NCBI GenBank assembly: GCA_951406725.2
Contig: OX597823.1
Coordinates: forward strand, 18,786,001-18,850,000
DNA length: 64,000 nt
Direction: 5' to 3'
Source: Octopus vulgaris
Lineage: Eukaryota
Shown here piece after piece: positions 52,851 to 64,000 of the stretch (positions are counted from its first letter, which is position 1; each line of letters begins with the position of its first letter). Made by a program: the position numbers and the translations under genes. The notes below the pieces were generated by a model. That model was not told the origin of the DNA. It worked only from the letters and a program-made list of their open reading frames with translations, and searched no databases.

Positions 52851-53092
52851 GGATGTTGTTATACATCACTGGTCACAATGCGCTTCGCATCGTTTTAGCT
52901 TTCGGATGATGCCATCCCGCTGGCTAGGCGAGCGGGGTGGCATCTCTCCCCACCCCCGATCGGAAGGCTACTCCGTCGCAGGGGTTACCCGTGTGACTGA
53001 AGGAACGGGAAGTGAACGCGCCGCCCTGTGCGGAAATCGAACCCGCAACCGAGCAATCGCGAGTAATCACCCTAACCACTACGACACGCGTC
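52851..53092 (-). mobile_element. tRNA-derived SINE family E
   Basis: Minus strand GACGCGTGTCGTAGTGGTTAGG A-box and GGTTCGATTTCC B-box. The 3' part matches the 52682 and 11971 element. Confidence 0.7.
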
Positions 53093-53149
53093 AAACTATT
53101 ATAGAAAACCTTTAGAGATAACCTGATCAGGTAACAATATTGGTAATAT

Positions 53150-53515
53150 CTTAGGTTCTGAATTCAAATTCTGCCGAGGTCAACTTTGCCTTACATCCAT
53201 TCAGGGTCGACAAATTGAATACCAGTTGCGTACTGGAGTCGATCTAATCGACTGGACCCCTCCCCCAAAATTTCGAGCCTTCTGCCTAGAGTAGAAAAGA
53301 ATATTAGTTACATCTTGGGCGGCGAGCTGGCAGAATCGTTAGCACGCTGGACGAAGTGCTTAGCGCTATTTCGCCCGTCGCTACGTTCTGAGTTCAAATT
53401 CCGCCGAGGTCGACTTTGCCTTTCATCCTTTCGGAGTCGGTAAAATAAGTACCAGTGAGACACTGGGGTCGATGTAATCGACTAGTCTCCTCCCCCGCCC
53501 ATAGTAGAAAGGAAT
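53150..53515 (+). mobile_element. Two SINE family B copies
   Basis: Cores at 53155-53300 and 53317-53515. Confidence 0.8.
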
Positions 53516-53588
53516 ATTGGTCATATCTTCTTTCCAACATAACGGTGGTTTATCCATTACTTCCGTTATGTTATTGCGCAATATATGA

Positions 53589-53945
53589 TCATCATCATCA
53601 TTGTTCGACCGTGGTCGAGACAATGGAATTTACCATGCTACGCCAGACTTCCCGGTCCATCATGGCATTACGGAGGTCCTGTTGCTGGATGCCTGTATCC
53701 CTGGAGATTACATCAGGGTAGGAGAGTGTGCGCCCTCTGGTATTGCGAGTAGATGGCTTCCAGAGGAGAAGAGTAGAAATTAATTCTTTTTCAGCTCTAT
53801 AACAATGTCCAGCAAACTGAACTCTCCTACCTTTCACAAGAGATGACACAGGTGGTAGTTTCCCATATATTTGCATTTTGGTTGGATGGTGCTTCCACGA
53901 GAGATTTTGAGCTCTCATAAGGAGGCGAGTGTAGGTTCCATAGAA
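53589..53945 (-). mobile_element. RTE-clade LINE 3' end
   Basis: GTYTRLLMRAQNLSW...RRVQFAGHCYR...LLLWKP...AMMDREVWRSMV*, followed directly by a (TGA)n tail. Confidence 0.85.
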
Positions 53946-54406
53946 CCGCATACTCTACTATCGAAGCTCCAGCAATAATACCGGCTCGGACATTTTCGTT
54001 TCTTTTAAACGTTCTTAAAGATTATTTGCTTACATTAAATTGTTTTACAGTTAAGACTTTCCTATCCATTTTGAAGTTGGTTTGGTATATTAATCTTAAA
54101 TTCCAGGAAAATTGACTTCCTCTGTGTATGCGATTCTATTGTTCAATCTCGAAAATATTTTACAAATACGATAATATTATTCTAACTTAAGCTTTAGTTT
54201 AAAATGTCATCTGATTCACCATCGACCGTTTAAAAGGAAAGTAATGTGAATGGAAAATGAAACATAACCGAAATATAATGATGAAGAGGTGCTTCTGTTT
54301 AAGGAATGTAAAAAAAATAATGGCAATAATTCTACCCAGACGTAAAACGTGCTAATGTGGAATTGTGCAAAGTGAACATATAGATTGAATGACAACTACA
54401 CAAACC

Positions 54407-54459
<53 letters not shown>

Positions 54460-54883
54460 ACACACACAGAGGCACACACAAATAAACACATGCACACACA
54501 AACTCGCAGGTATACACATACAGGTACACACTAACATACACGTGCACACACACACATGCACACATGCGAACACACACACACACACGTGCGCATACACAGG
54601 CACACCACATAAACTTTACACACGTACACACATACGCAGAGGCACACACAAACACACACACACGCACACACACACACGCACACACACACACACGCACACA
54701 CACACACACACACACGGGCATACACAGACAAACGTATACATGCACACACACACACACAGGCACACCACACAAACACACATGCACAGAGACACGCACCCAC
54801 ACACACAAACCACCCTACTCACGCATGCACACACACACACACACATATATACACACGCATAGAGACACACACAAGCAAATATA

Positions 54884-54920
<37 letters not shown>

Positions 54921-55042
54921 GCAGGCACAGATCTTCAAGTACAATTTAATCTGTTATCTTTCATCTTTAACCTGTTTCAGTCATTAGACTGCAGCCATGC
55001 AGTCGGACAAATCAACCACACTACATTTTTTTTTATAAGCCT

Positions 55043-55672
55043 GGTGGCTCAGTGGTTAGAGCGTCGGACTCACAATGATGAGGTAATGAGTTCGATTCCC
55101 GGTTCGGGCTGTGTGTTGTGTTCTTGAGCAAGACACTTTATCTTACGTTATCCCAGTTCGCTCAACTGTAGAAATAAGTTGCAACGTCAGTGATGCCAAG
55201 CTGTATTGGCCCCTTTGCTTTTCTCTTGAACAACATCAGTGGCATGGAGAGGGGGAACTGGTGTGTATAGGCAATTGCCTGGACTTGTGCTTCGATGGGG
55301 GACTTAGGAAATGCAAACCCAAGGTCGTTCATGACTGAAGGGTCTCTATCCTTTATCTTATGTACATATAATGGTTTGGAGAGGTAAGGCTGGTATGCAT
55401 GGGCGACTGCTGGTCTTCCATAAACAACCTTGCCCGGACTTGTGCTTCGGTGGGAAACTTAGAAAATGCAAACCCAAGGTCGTTCATGACTGAAGGGTCT
55501 CTACCCTTTACCCTATGTACATATGATGGCGTGGAAAGGTAAGACTGGTATGCATGGGCGACTGCTGGTTTTCCATCAACAACCTTGCCCGGACTTGTAC
55601 CTGCCGGAGTGGGGGGAAACTCTCTAGGTGCAGTCCTATGGTCATTTATGACCGAAGGGTGTCTTTACCCTT
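55043..55672 (+). mobile_element. SINE family D with triplicated 3' module
   Basis: tRNA head and core, then GGAGAGG...GGACTTGT...ATGAC(T/C)GAAGGG three times (~55247, ~55378, ~55533). Confidence 0.75.
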
Positions 55673-55806
55673 TACTCGATACTTATTTCATCAATCTCTT
55701 TTTACCGAACCGCTAGATTGTGGAGGCGTAAACAATTCAGCGCCGATCTCAAGCAGTTGATTTTATATGAAGTTGTGGTCGCGAGCACACACACACACAC
55801 ACACAT

Positions 55807-56179
55807 ATGTACGTGTATATATGTGCGTGTATATATGTGCGTGTATATATGTGCGTGTATATATGTGCGCGTATATATGTACGTGTATATATATATGTGC
55901 GTGTATATATGTGCGTGTATATATGTGCGTGTATATATGCGCGTGTATATGTACGTGTATATACGTGCGTGTTTATATGTCTATATATGTGTGTGTGTGT
56001 GTGTGTCTTAGAGTGGGTGTATTTGGAAAGCAGTTCTTTAAGTCAACGAGTATGTTTTTAAAAAATCTGACATATTCCTTCCGTTTTAATGAATTTTGTA
56101 TCAAGTATTTCAAGCTTATGGATCTATTTGCAATATTTTATTAAACCCATTGGGAAAAAATTATACGGAAAGATCGCGA
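55807..56179 (+). repeat. 14-bp minisatellite (GTGCGTGTATATAT)n plus ~175 bp unique flank, duplicated at 60190-60561
   Basis: Near-identical sequence and twin ORF translations (55767..56144 vs 60191..60568). Confidence 0.9.
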
Positions 56180-56439
56180 GCCACGATACTTTTCAATGGC
56201 TCCGATGAAGCTATAAAATGTTGCACAACTACTCAGTTCTGGGTGCACTGCTTCTTTTGGCAGAAACTGCTGTAAACTAGTGGAGGTGATTACTTAACTC
56301 CTGTTCTTTTACCATTTGTTCATAAATATTTCACTCTACATCCCCTAATACTATACTCTAAAGAATATGCGTATTGAGTTTGAACTGCTGATTGTTAATG
56401 TGGCTAGTATGGTTAGTATAAGTACGCTTCGGTGAAATT

Positions 56440-56508
<69 letters not shown>

Positions 56509-56698
56509 CAGACAGACATGTATATACGTATGTTTATAAATATATATAAAAGAACATATACATATATAAACATATATACACACGCACACACATATATATA
56601 CACACACATATGCATATATATATATATAGAGAGAGAGAGAGACACATACGTACATACATACATATATATTTATATATATATATATACATATATAACTT

Positions 56699-56747
<49 letters not shown>

Positions 56748-56881
56748 GTATATTTATATATGTATATATGTATGTAACTACATATATATGTATATATTTA
56801 TATATGTGTATATATATATATAACTACATATATACAGTTATATATAGTTATATATGGGAGTGTGTGTGTGCGTGTGTGCGT

Positions 56882-56982
<101 letters not shown>

Positions 56983-57358
56983 CACTGTGGTGCTGAGACA
57001 ATATTCAGTGGCTATTCTGTTTGTTCACATAAAACGTAAGCTTGACACACAAACCGCAGGAAGCATATGACAAATATGGCGAACAAGGACAGTGACTGAA
57101 TCAGAACAAAATGAGGTGGACAGTCATTATTAAAAAGAGAAAAGAAAACAGTGAAAAAAACTGTGTCGTAAACCACCGAAGATAAGGAAAAAGGAAAAAT
57201 AAAAAAAGAATAAAAAAAAACGATATGGATATAAATATTACAGCGATAAAATAACAAATGTGCAAATACACACGCACACATATATGTACACACACGCACA
57301 CATATATCTTTCTGTATGATTACACGCATATATACCTATAGATGCGTATGTGTGTGTT

Positions 57359-57401
<43 letters not shown>

Positions 57402-57454
57402 AAAATAATATGTGACAATTATTCAATAGCCAAGATAAAACTTGGCTACATATG

Positions 57455-57519
<65 letters not shown>

Positions 57520-57520
57520 G

Positions 57521-57605
<85 letters not shown>

Positions 57606-57616
57606 GATAATAATAA

Positions 57617-58055
57617 CTCAGATAGAGAAATTAAGGCCAACAGACCAGATATAGTTGTCAGAGATCATGAAGAAAAAAATGCTTTCTAATTGATGTATCA
57701 ATACCGGCAGATGACAACGTGTCTCTAAAAGAAATGGAGAAACTCTCAAAATACAAAGACCTGGAAATAGAGGTAACTAGAATGTGGAACCTGAAAACAG
57801 AAACAATTCCTATCATAGTAGGTGCATTAGGTATGATAAAAAAATATTCAGACAAATACATAACAAAAACACCAGGACTTACTAACACATATAACATACA
57901 GAAAATTGCACTACTAGGCACTGCACACATCCTACGCAGAACACTTTCCATACAATAACCATCAGAGCATCACAACAAATCACAGCACATACCCAAGGCA
58001 CACAGAGCTGCGCTCGGTAGTGAAGTGAAAGCACGCTATAAAAATAAAACTACTG
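57617..58055 (+). mobile_element. 5'-truncated Dong-B LINE in (TAA)n
   Basis: DREIKANRPDIVVRD...CFLIDVSIPADDNV...KYKDLEIEVTRMWNLK...PIIVGALG...LLGTAHILRRTLSIQ* plus 3' UTR. One frameshift in an A run. Confidence 0.9.
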
Positions 58056-58077
58056 AATAATAATAATAATTATAATA

Positions 58078-58592
58078 AATGCTCTCATGGCTTCTGATCT
58101 TAACTGATTGGAAGTGTTATCATGTACATTGTTTTGTCTTGGTATAAAAGATGGGCTACAGCAAATATTCTGCTCAATACCACAGATTTGCTTGTCAGTT
58201 GTTTGACTTTAACCAGTTGAGCATGTCCCTAAGTGGCTGACGATATGTGCATCTCTGATCATGAGCAGAAGTAGTGGGGGAGCATCATAGCCATGTGTTG
58301 AGAGGGATTCTTTGGGGTTTGAATAATTCACCTCTGGAAACATGGGTGTTTCGTTCAACATCCTTAAACAACCCTTATTCAGGGACCTTTTGAGTGGGAT
58401 GGGTTACTCGAAATGAAGAAAATTCTAACTGGGCCCCACCTGCAAGGTCATGTGCTGTTTATTTTGATATGAGATCACCATGTCGCGACATATGGTTGTG
58501 ATGCATGTGCCTAGTGTCCCCATGATGGGTATACTGGGCTTCGTATATTTTACCCCAGTGTCACTTTGATGGCATGCACTGCTCTCTCACTC
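58078..58592 (+). mobile_element. Family G element, third copy
   Basis: Reverse complement of 34034-34590 with two short deletions. TAA on both sides. Confidence 0.8.
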
Positions 58593-58640
58593 AATAATAA
58601 TAATAATAATAATAATAACAATAATAATAATAATAATAAT

Positions 58641-58722
<82 letters not shown>

Positions 58723-58836
58723 TAAAACGTGGCATAATTTATGTTTCGATAAGTCTGTTCCCCTTGCACGTCGAGTTTATGATACAAAATATATTGACTT
58801 ATTTACTCTTCCTTTCAAATCAAATTCTATATCAGA

Positions 58837-59228
58837 CTAGCAGTATCGCCCGGCGTTGCTCGGGTTTGTAAGGGAAATAACTATATAAGCATTTTTAGAG
58901 ATGTAAAGTATAATAGCCATCTCAATATGGCTAACCACAAAGGGGGGGTGTTACTGTAGCTTTTTACGTTCTGAGATTTAATAATAAATTTTTAGAGAGT
59001 TACTTCCCTTATATATGCCAAAAATGCATTAAAAATGGAAAAATTTATGGTAATTTTTTTAAATCGTAGACTCATCGTAGACGCGCGCTAATACCCAGAA
59101 GGGCTCGATATGAATCACGACTATAAGATACTCGGTTTTGGTTAAACTGCACCGCAAAATGTGGGAGTAGTTAGGAATCTAAATCGTAGGAGACAGACAG
59201 CACACAACCTCACTTTTATATGTAAAGA
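58837..59228 (-). mobile_element. Non-autonomous Helitron, subtype 1
   Basis: TC...hairpin...CTAG, inserted between A and T. Confidence 0.88.
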
Positions 59229-59520
59229 TTACGTTGTGTAACATCAACGCATATAATTTAAACATCTGCTTTATCATAAAAAAAATAAACAAACGAAAGA
59301 AACAACGGCACCACATAAATTCAGGATCAAAATTATGAGATTGACGCTTTGAGATATGGTTGGAGATAATTATGACGTTTCTTCAGATCAGGGTGAAGAA
59401 AGGGAAGAGACGTGGTAAGAGAAGAGAACTAAGAATAAAAAAAAAAAAAATTAAAAGGGAAATCGAAATGGAAACATCCCCGTGAAGCTTGTCTTCAAGT
59501 TGGCATTTCACTGACTATAT

Positions 59521-59665
<145 letters not shown>

Positions 59666-59757
59666 TTATATGAAATATAGATATATTTATGTACATGTTT
59701 ATACCTAGATGCACACAAATACACACAGAGACATACACAGACACACACACACACACA

Positions 59758-59812
<55 letters not shown>

Positions 59813-59829
59813 GCATGTATGTATGTATG

Positions 59830-59905
<76 letters not shown>

Positions 59906-60009
59906 TATATAAATATATATATATATATAAATACATACATGCACCATACACATATCAATCTTCATGCGTATATATATATATATATATACACACATATTTT
60001 GTGTACGCA

Positions 60010-60561
60010 TATGCGTATATATGTGCGAGTATGCGTGCGTATACATATGTGCGTATATATATGTTCGTGTATATATGTACTTATATATATATGTGCGTGT
60101 ATATATGTACGTATATATATGTACGTGTATATATGTACTTGTATGTATGTGCGCGTATATATGTGCTTGTATATATGTACTTGTTGATATGTGCGTGCAT
60201 ATATGTACGTGTATATATGTGCGTGTATATATGTGCGCGTATATATGTACGTGTATATATATGTGCGTGTATATATGTACGTGCATATATGTGCGTGTAT
60301 ATATATGCGCGTATATATGTGCGTGTATATGTACGTGTATATACGTGCGTGTATATATGTCTATATATGTGTGTGTGTGTGTGTGTGTCTTAGAGTGGGT
60401 GTATTTGGAAAGCAGTTCTTTAAGTCAACGAGTATGTTTTTAAAAAATCTGACATATTCCTTCCGTTTTAATGAATTTTGTATCAAGTATTTCAAACTTA
60501 TGGATCTATTTGCAATATTTTATGAAACCCATGGGGAAAAAAATATACGAAAAGATCGCGA
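60010..60561 (+). repeat. Second copy of the 14-bp minisatellite plus unique flank
   Basis: See 55807-56179. Confidence 0.88.
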
Positions 60562-60600
60562 TTCCTGAAGGAAATGTTTTATACATTTATAGTTATGTTT

Positions 60601-60648
<48 letters not shown>

Positions 60649-60680
60649 ATATACTTACTCAGATGCATGCATAAATACAC

Positions 60681-60721
<41 letters not shown>

Positions 60722-60766
60722 AGGCACATCTATATAAATATATATATAAATATATAAGAACAGAGG

Positions 60767-60851
<85 letters not shown>

Positions 60852-60861
60852 CATGTGTGTG

Positions 60862-60908
<47 letters not shown>

Positions 60909-60928
60909 TATATATACTTATATATATG

Positions 60929-60961
<33 letters not shown>

Positions 60962-61017
60962 TTATATATGTATGCACACGCATATATATAAGTACATGCA
61001 TATATGTGTATCTAAAT

Positions 61018-61365
61018 TGTGTACGGTCATAGAGGTTAGTTGCCCTGTAGCGTGAACATCTCTTCCAAGATCTGCGAAAAGGAGACTAACAATGAACAAT
61101 TACTTCGAAACCTGCAGATCTCCTGTCCATATTATAAATATTTATTCATACCAATACTCATTAGTGCACTTGGTTGTATTAGAAAATGCCTAAGCAACAA
61201 TCTGAAGAATTCAGGCAAAAGAAAAGAACTTGTTAACACGAACCTTACACGTACAATCTGTTCGTGGAACGGTAAAAATATGCAAGGCTTTCTTAAAGTT
61301 TGTTTTTGTTATCCAAATTCAAATGAACAAGCTTTTGTTTCTTTGATAGAAACCAGCTCCCTCCT
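61018..61365 (+). pseudogene. 3' fragment of the old RLE LINE family
   Basis: CTVIEVSCP / [11 protein letters not shown]...LLRNLQ...YKYLFIPILISALG / QSVRGTVKICKAFLKF. The 3' UTR motif TAGAAACCAGCTCC is shared with 23983. Confidence 0.7.
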
Positions 61366-61414
61366 TTGAGAAAGAACGCTAGTAAATATAAAGAAGAGAC
61401 ATTCCATACAAATA

Positions 61415-61796
61415 GAAAGAACCTCGCAGTACGAGTGCCCCGTAGTACGAGTAATTTGCTGTGCGTGCTGAGATTCGTGCAAATTTGAATTGAAGTACGT
61501 GCGGAAATCCGCAGTACGAGTACACAAATCGTCCCATCTTTTAGGTAATTCAGTTAATAAAACGAGTTGACATATTTCTTTTGCATTCTCTTTTTTACAA
61601 TTGTCATTTTACTTGTAACGACACCTTTTCTGTTTTAAAACCCATGAAAATTTATTTTTGAGTGGTTTTGTGGGGCTGGAACGGATTAATTATATTTTAA
61701 TTAATTTCAATGGGGAAAATTGATTTGTAAAACGAGTAAATCGTAAGACGAACTCGGTCTTACGATTGTGTATGCATATACAGCGAGGTATCGCTG
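61415..61796. mobile_element. Tigger-like MITE, degraded
   Basis: GAACCTCG...TACGAG repeats on the left, GGAACGGATTAAT...TTCAATGGGGAAA internal motif, CGAGGTATCGCTG|TA right end. Confidence 0.6.
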
Positions 61797-61841
61797 TATA
61801 TGCATACATTCACACACACTCAATCGTATATACGTACATAC

Positions 61842-61890
<49 letters not shown>

Positions 61891-61894
<4 letters not shown>

Positions 61895-62375
61895 GTCGCT
61901 GACACGTGACCAGAGAGCCACTGCCTTTCTGACTATTGCTTCCAACAAGTGTAGACGTCCTTCTCTGTCCCTCTCATGCCGTTCTCAAAGCGTTCAAAAT
62001 AATTTTTCCTTCGTTTAGACATAACAGCCTTTAATGTTTGTGTTACTGTTATTCTCCTTGTCCTGTCTTTTACTGTTTTTATTTGTATTGTTTTTACTGT
62101 CCTGTTTTTGTTACCACTTTTACCCCTCCGCAAAAAATCTTAAATTTCATTTAATTTGCTTTGCGGGAAGGACTGCTTCAACGAAGTCGTGTCTCGCCTT
62201 TACCTTCGAAACACGGAGTAGACGAAACAGAGGCGGCTGAAGAAGGGGAATTTTCCTTGTGTTGTATGTCTTGTACTCTGTTTTTTCGTTGGTTAAAAAA
62301 ATATCCGTTTCCTTGGTATTATTTTTATGTTTTCGTTTCTCATTGTGTTCGACGTTTTTTTGGTGTCCTGTACCC
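61891..62375 (+). mobile_element. TA-flanked ~480 bp element, possible Penelope-like pLTR
   Basis: Sits between TA-rich repeats, T-rich. Carries CCTTC-GAAAC...GTA...CTGAAGA-AGGGG at 62203-62248, with imperfect stems. Confidence 0.4.
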
Positions 62376-63021
62376 ATATATGCATGTATATATACATACA
62401 GATGTTGGTACGTACATATATGTATGTATATATGCATATGTTTTATTTATTATTTTGTTATTATATGATGGAACGCCACGCATCCACTTCCAAGTAAGTT
62501 TTGTCTTATATACATACATACATACATACATACATACATACATACATTCATGCATACATACATACATACATACATACATACATACATTCATGCATACATA
62601 CATATATACTTATATACATACAAACATGCATGAACACATACATACATACATACATACTTACCATGCATCCATACATGATGATGATTGCCTCATTTTGTCA
62701 GATGACAGCCGTCTCACATTCAACCTCATTGTTCTGATTTATTTTCATCCTTGCATGTGCGCGGATATGACTTTTCGTCGTGTGTCCATTGTCATAGAAC
62801 TTTATAACATCAAGAAAGGAAATGAATAGTGAGACATCTGCACGTCACTGGATTTAAATGAGAAAAGCTTCAACAATTCTTTTGCCATTCTCTCGGTAGT
62901 CATTGTCAGTTCCCAGTGCTAAGCATTACAGGATGTCTGATACTGTTTTGACTGAAATTTTTATGTCAGAGTATCTTTCTCCCAGAAGAGTTACTTTCGC
63001 TATGGCTTTGTCAATAATAAC

Positions 63022-63610
63022 GGGAGCTGGCAGAAACGTTAACACGCCGGGAAAAAATGCTTAGCGGTATTTCGCTTGCCGTTACGTTCTGGGTTCAAAT
63101 TCCGCCGAGATCGACTTTGCCTTTCATCCTTTTAGGGTCGATAAATTAAGTACCAGTTGCGCAATGGGGTAGATCTAATCGACTCGTCCCCTCTCAGTTG
63201 TATTATATCCAATGTAAGATGAAAGGCGGTGAGCTGGCAGAAACGGTAGCACGCCGGGCGAAATGCTTAGCGGTATTTCGTCTGCCGTTACGTTGTGAGT
63301 TCAAATTCCGCCGAGGTCGACTTTGCCTTTCATCCTTTCGAGGTGGATGAATTAAGTGCCAGTTGCGCACTGGGGTCGATATAATCGACTTAATCCGTTT
63401 GTCCTCTCTGTGTTTAGCCCCTTGTGGGTAGTAAAGAAATAGGTAATTCGTCTGTCTTTATGTTCTGAGTTCAAATGCCGTCGGGGTCGACTTTGCCTTT
63501 CATGCTATCGTGGATCGATAAATTAAGTATCAGTTGCGTATTGGAGTCGATCTAATCGACTGACCTCTTACCCCAAACTTTCGAACCTTATACATAGAGT
63601 AGAAAAGAAT
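63022..63610 (+). mobile_element. Cluster of three SINE family B units
   Basis: Units at 63022-63192, 63223-63443 and 63444-63610. Confidence 0.85.
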
Positions 63611-64000
63611 AATAACGGGAGCCCTCCTGTATTCCTGGGAAATATTTTAAACCCATAAATGGAACCCTAACAGGTACTACAGTTCCAGGGACAAGCAGAC
63701 CTGGGAGTAATGGTAATTAAGGGTTGACACCACGCTCCCCACAACTCCAGAGCCCCCGTGCTGGGGCCCCACCACCAGATGCAATTTAACGCAACATACA
63801 AACATACATACATACATACATACATACATACATACATACATACATACATACATACATACATACATACATACATACATACATACATACATACATACATACA
63901 TACATACATACATACATACATACATACATACAAACATACATACATACATACATACATACATACATACATACAGAAATCTGCTGTTATTCTATCCAGATTA

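Overview
Animal genomic DNA dominated by microsatellites ((TA)n, (TAA)n, (TATG)n, (GATA)n, (TG)n, (GGAA)n) and transposable elements. The repeat repertoire strongly suggests an octopod cephalopod (Octopus-like) intronic or intergenic region; this is inferred, not verified. No host protein-coding exon can be supported, and almost all ORF-track entries are microsatellite or SINE read-through. Identifiable content: (i) RLE-type non-LTR retrotransposons of the R4/Dong type sitting in (TAA)n tracts, including a 2.6 kb RT+RLE copy at 31181-33792; (ii) a ~560 bp non-coding element always flanked by (TAA)n, in 3 copies; (iii) five ~400 bp non-autonomous Helitrons in two subtypes; (iv) a near full-length dead mellifera-type mariner (47905-49072), plus Tc1, DD37D/maT-like and Tigger-like remnants; (v) many tRNA-derived SINEs of at least five modular families; (vi) several short elements carrying minimal hammerhead-ribozyme motifs, probably Penelope-like pLTRs; (vii) RTE-clade remnants, local duplications and fold-backs. 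The most interesting signals are the co-oriented TAA-targeted retroelement arrays with an apparently non-autonomous passenger, and the hammerhead-bearing small elements. Family letters are my own labels. SINE boundaries are approximate (about +/-10 bp).
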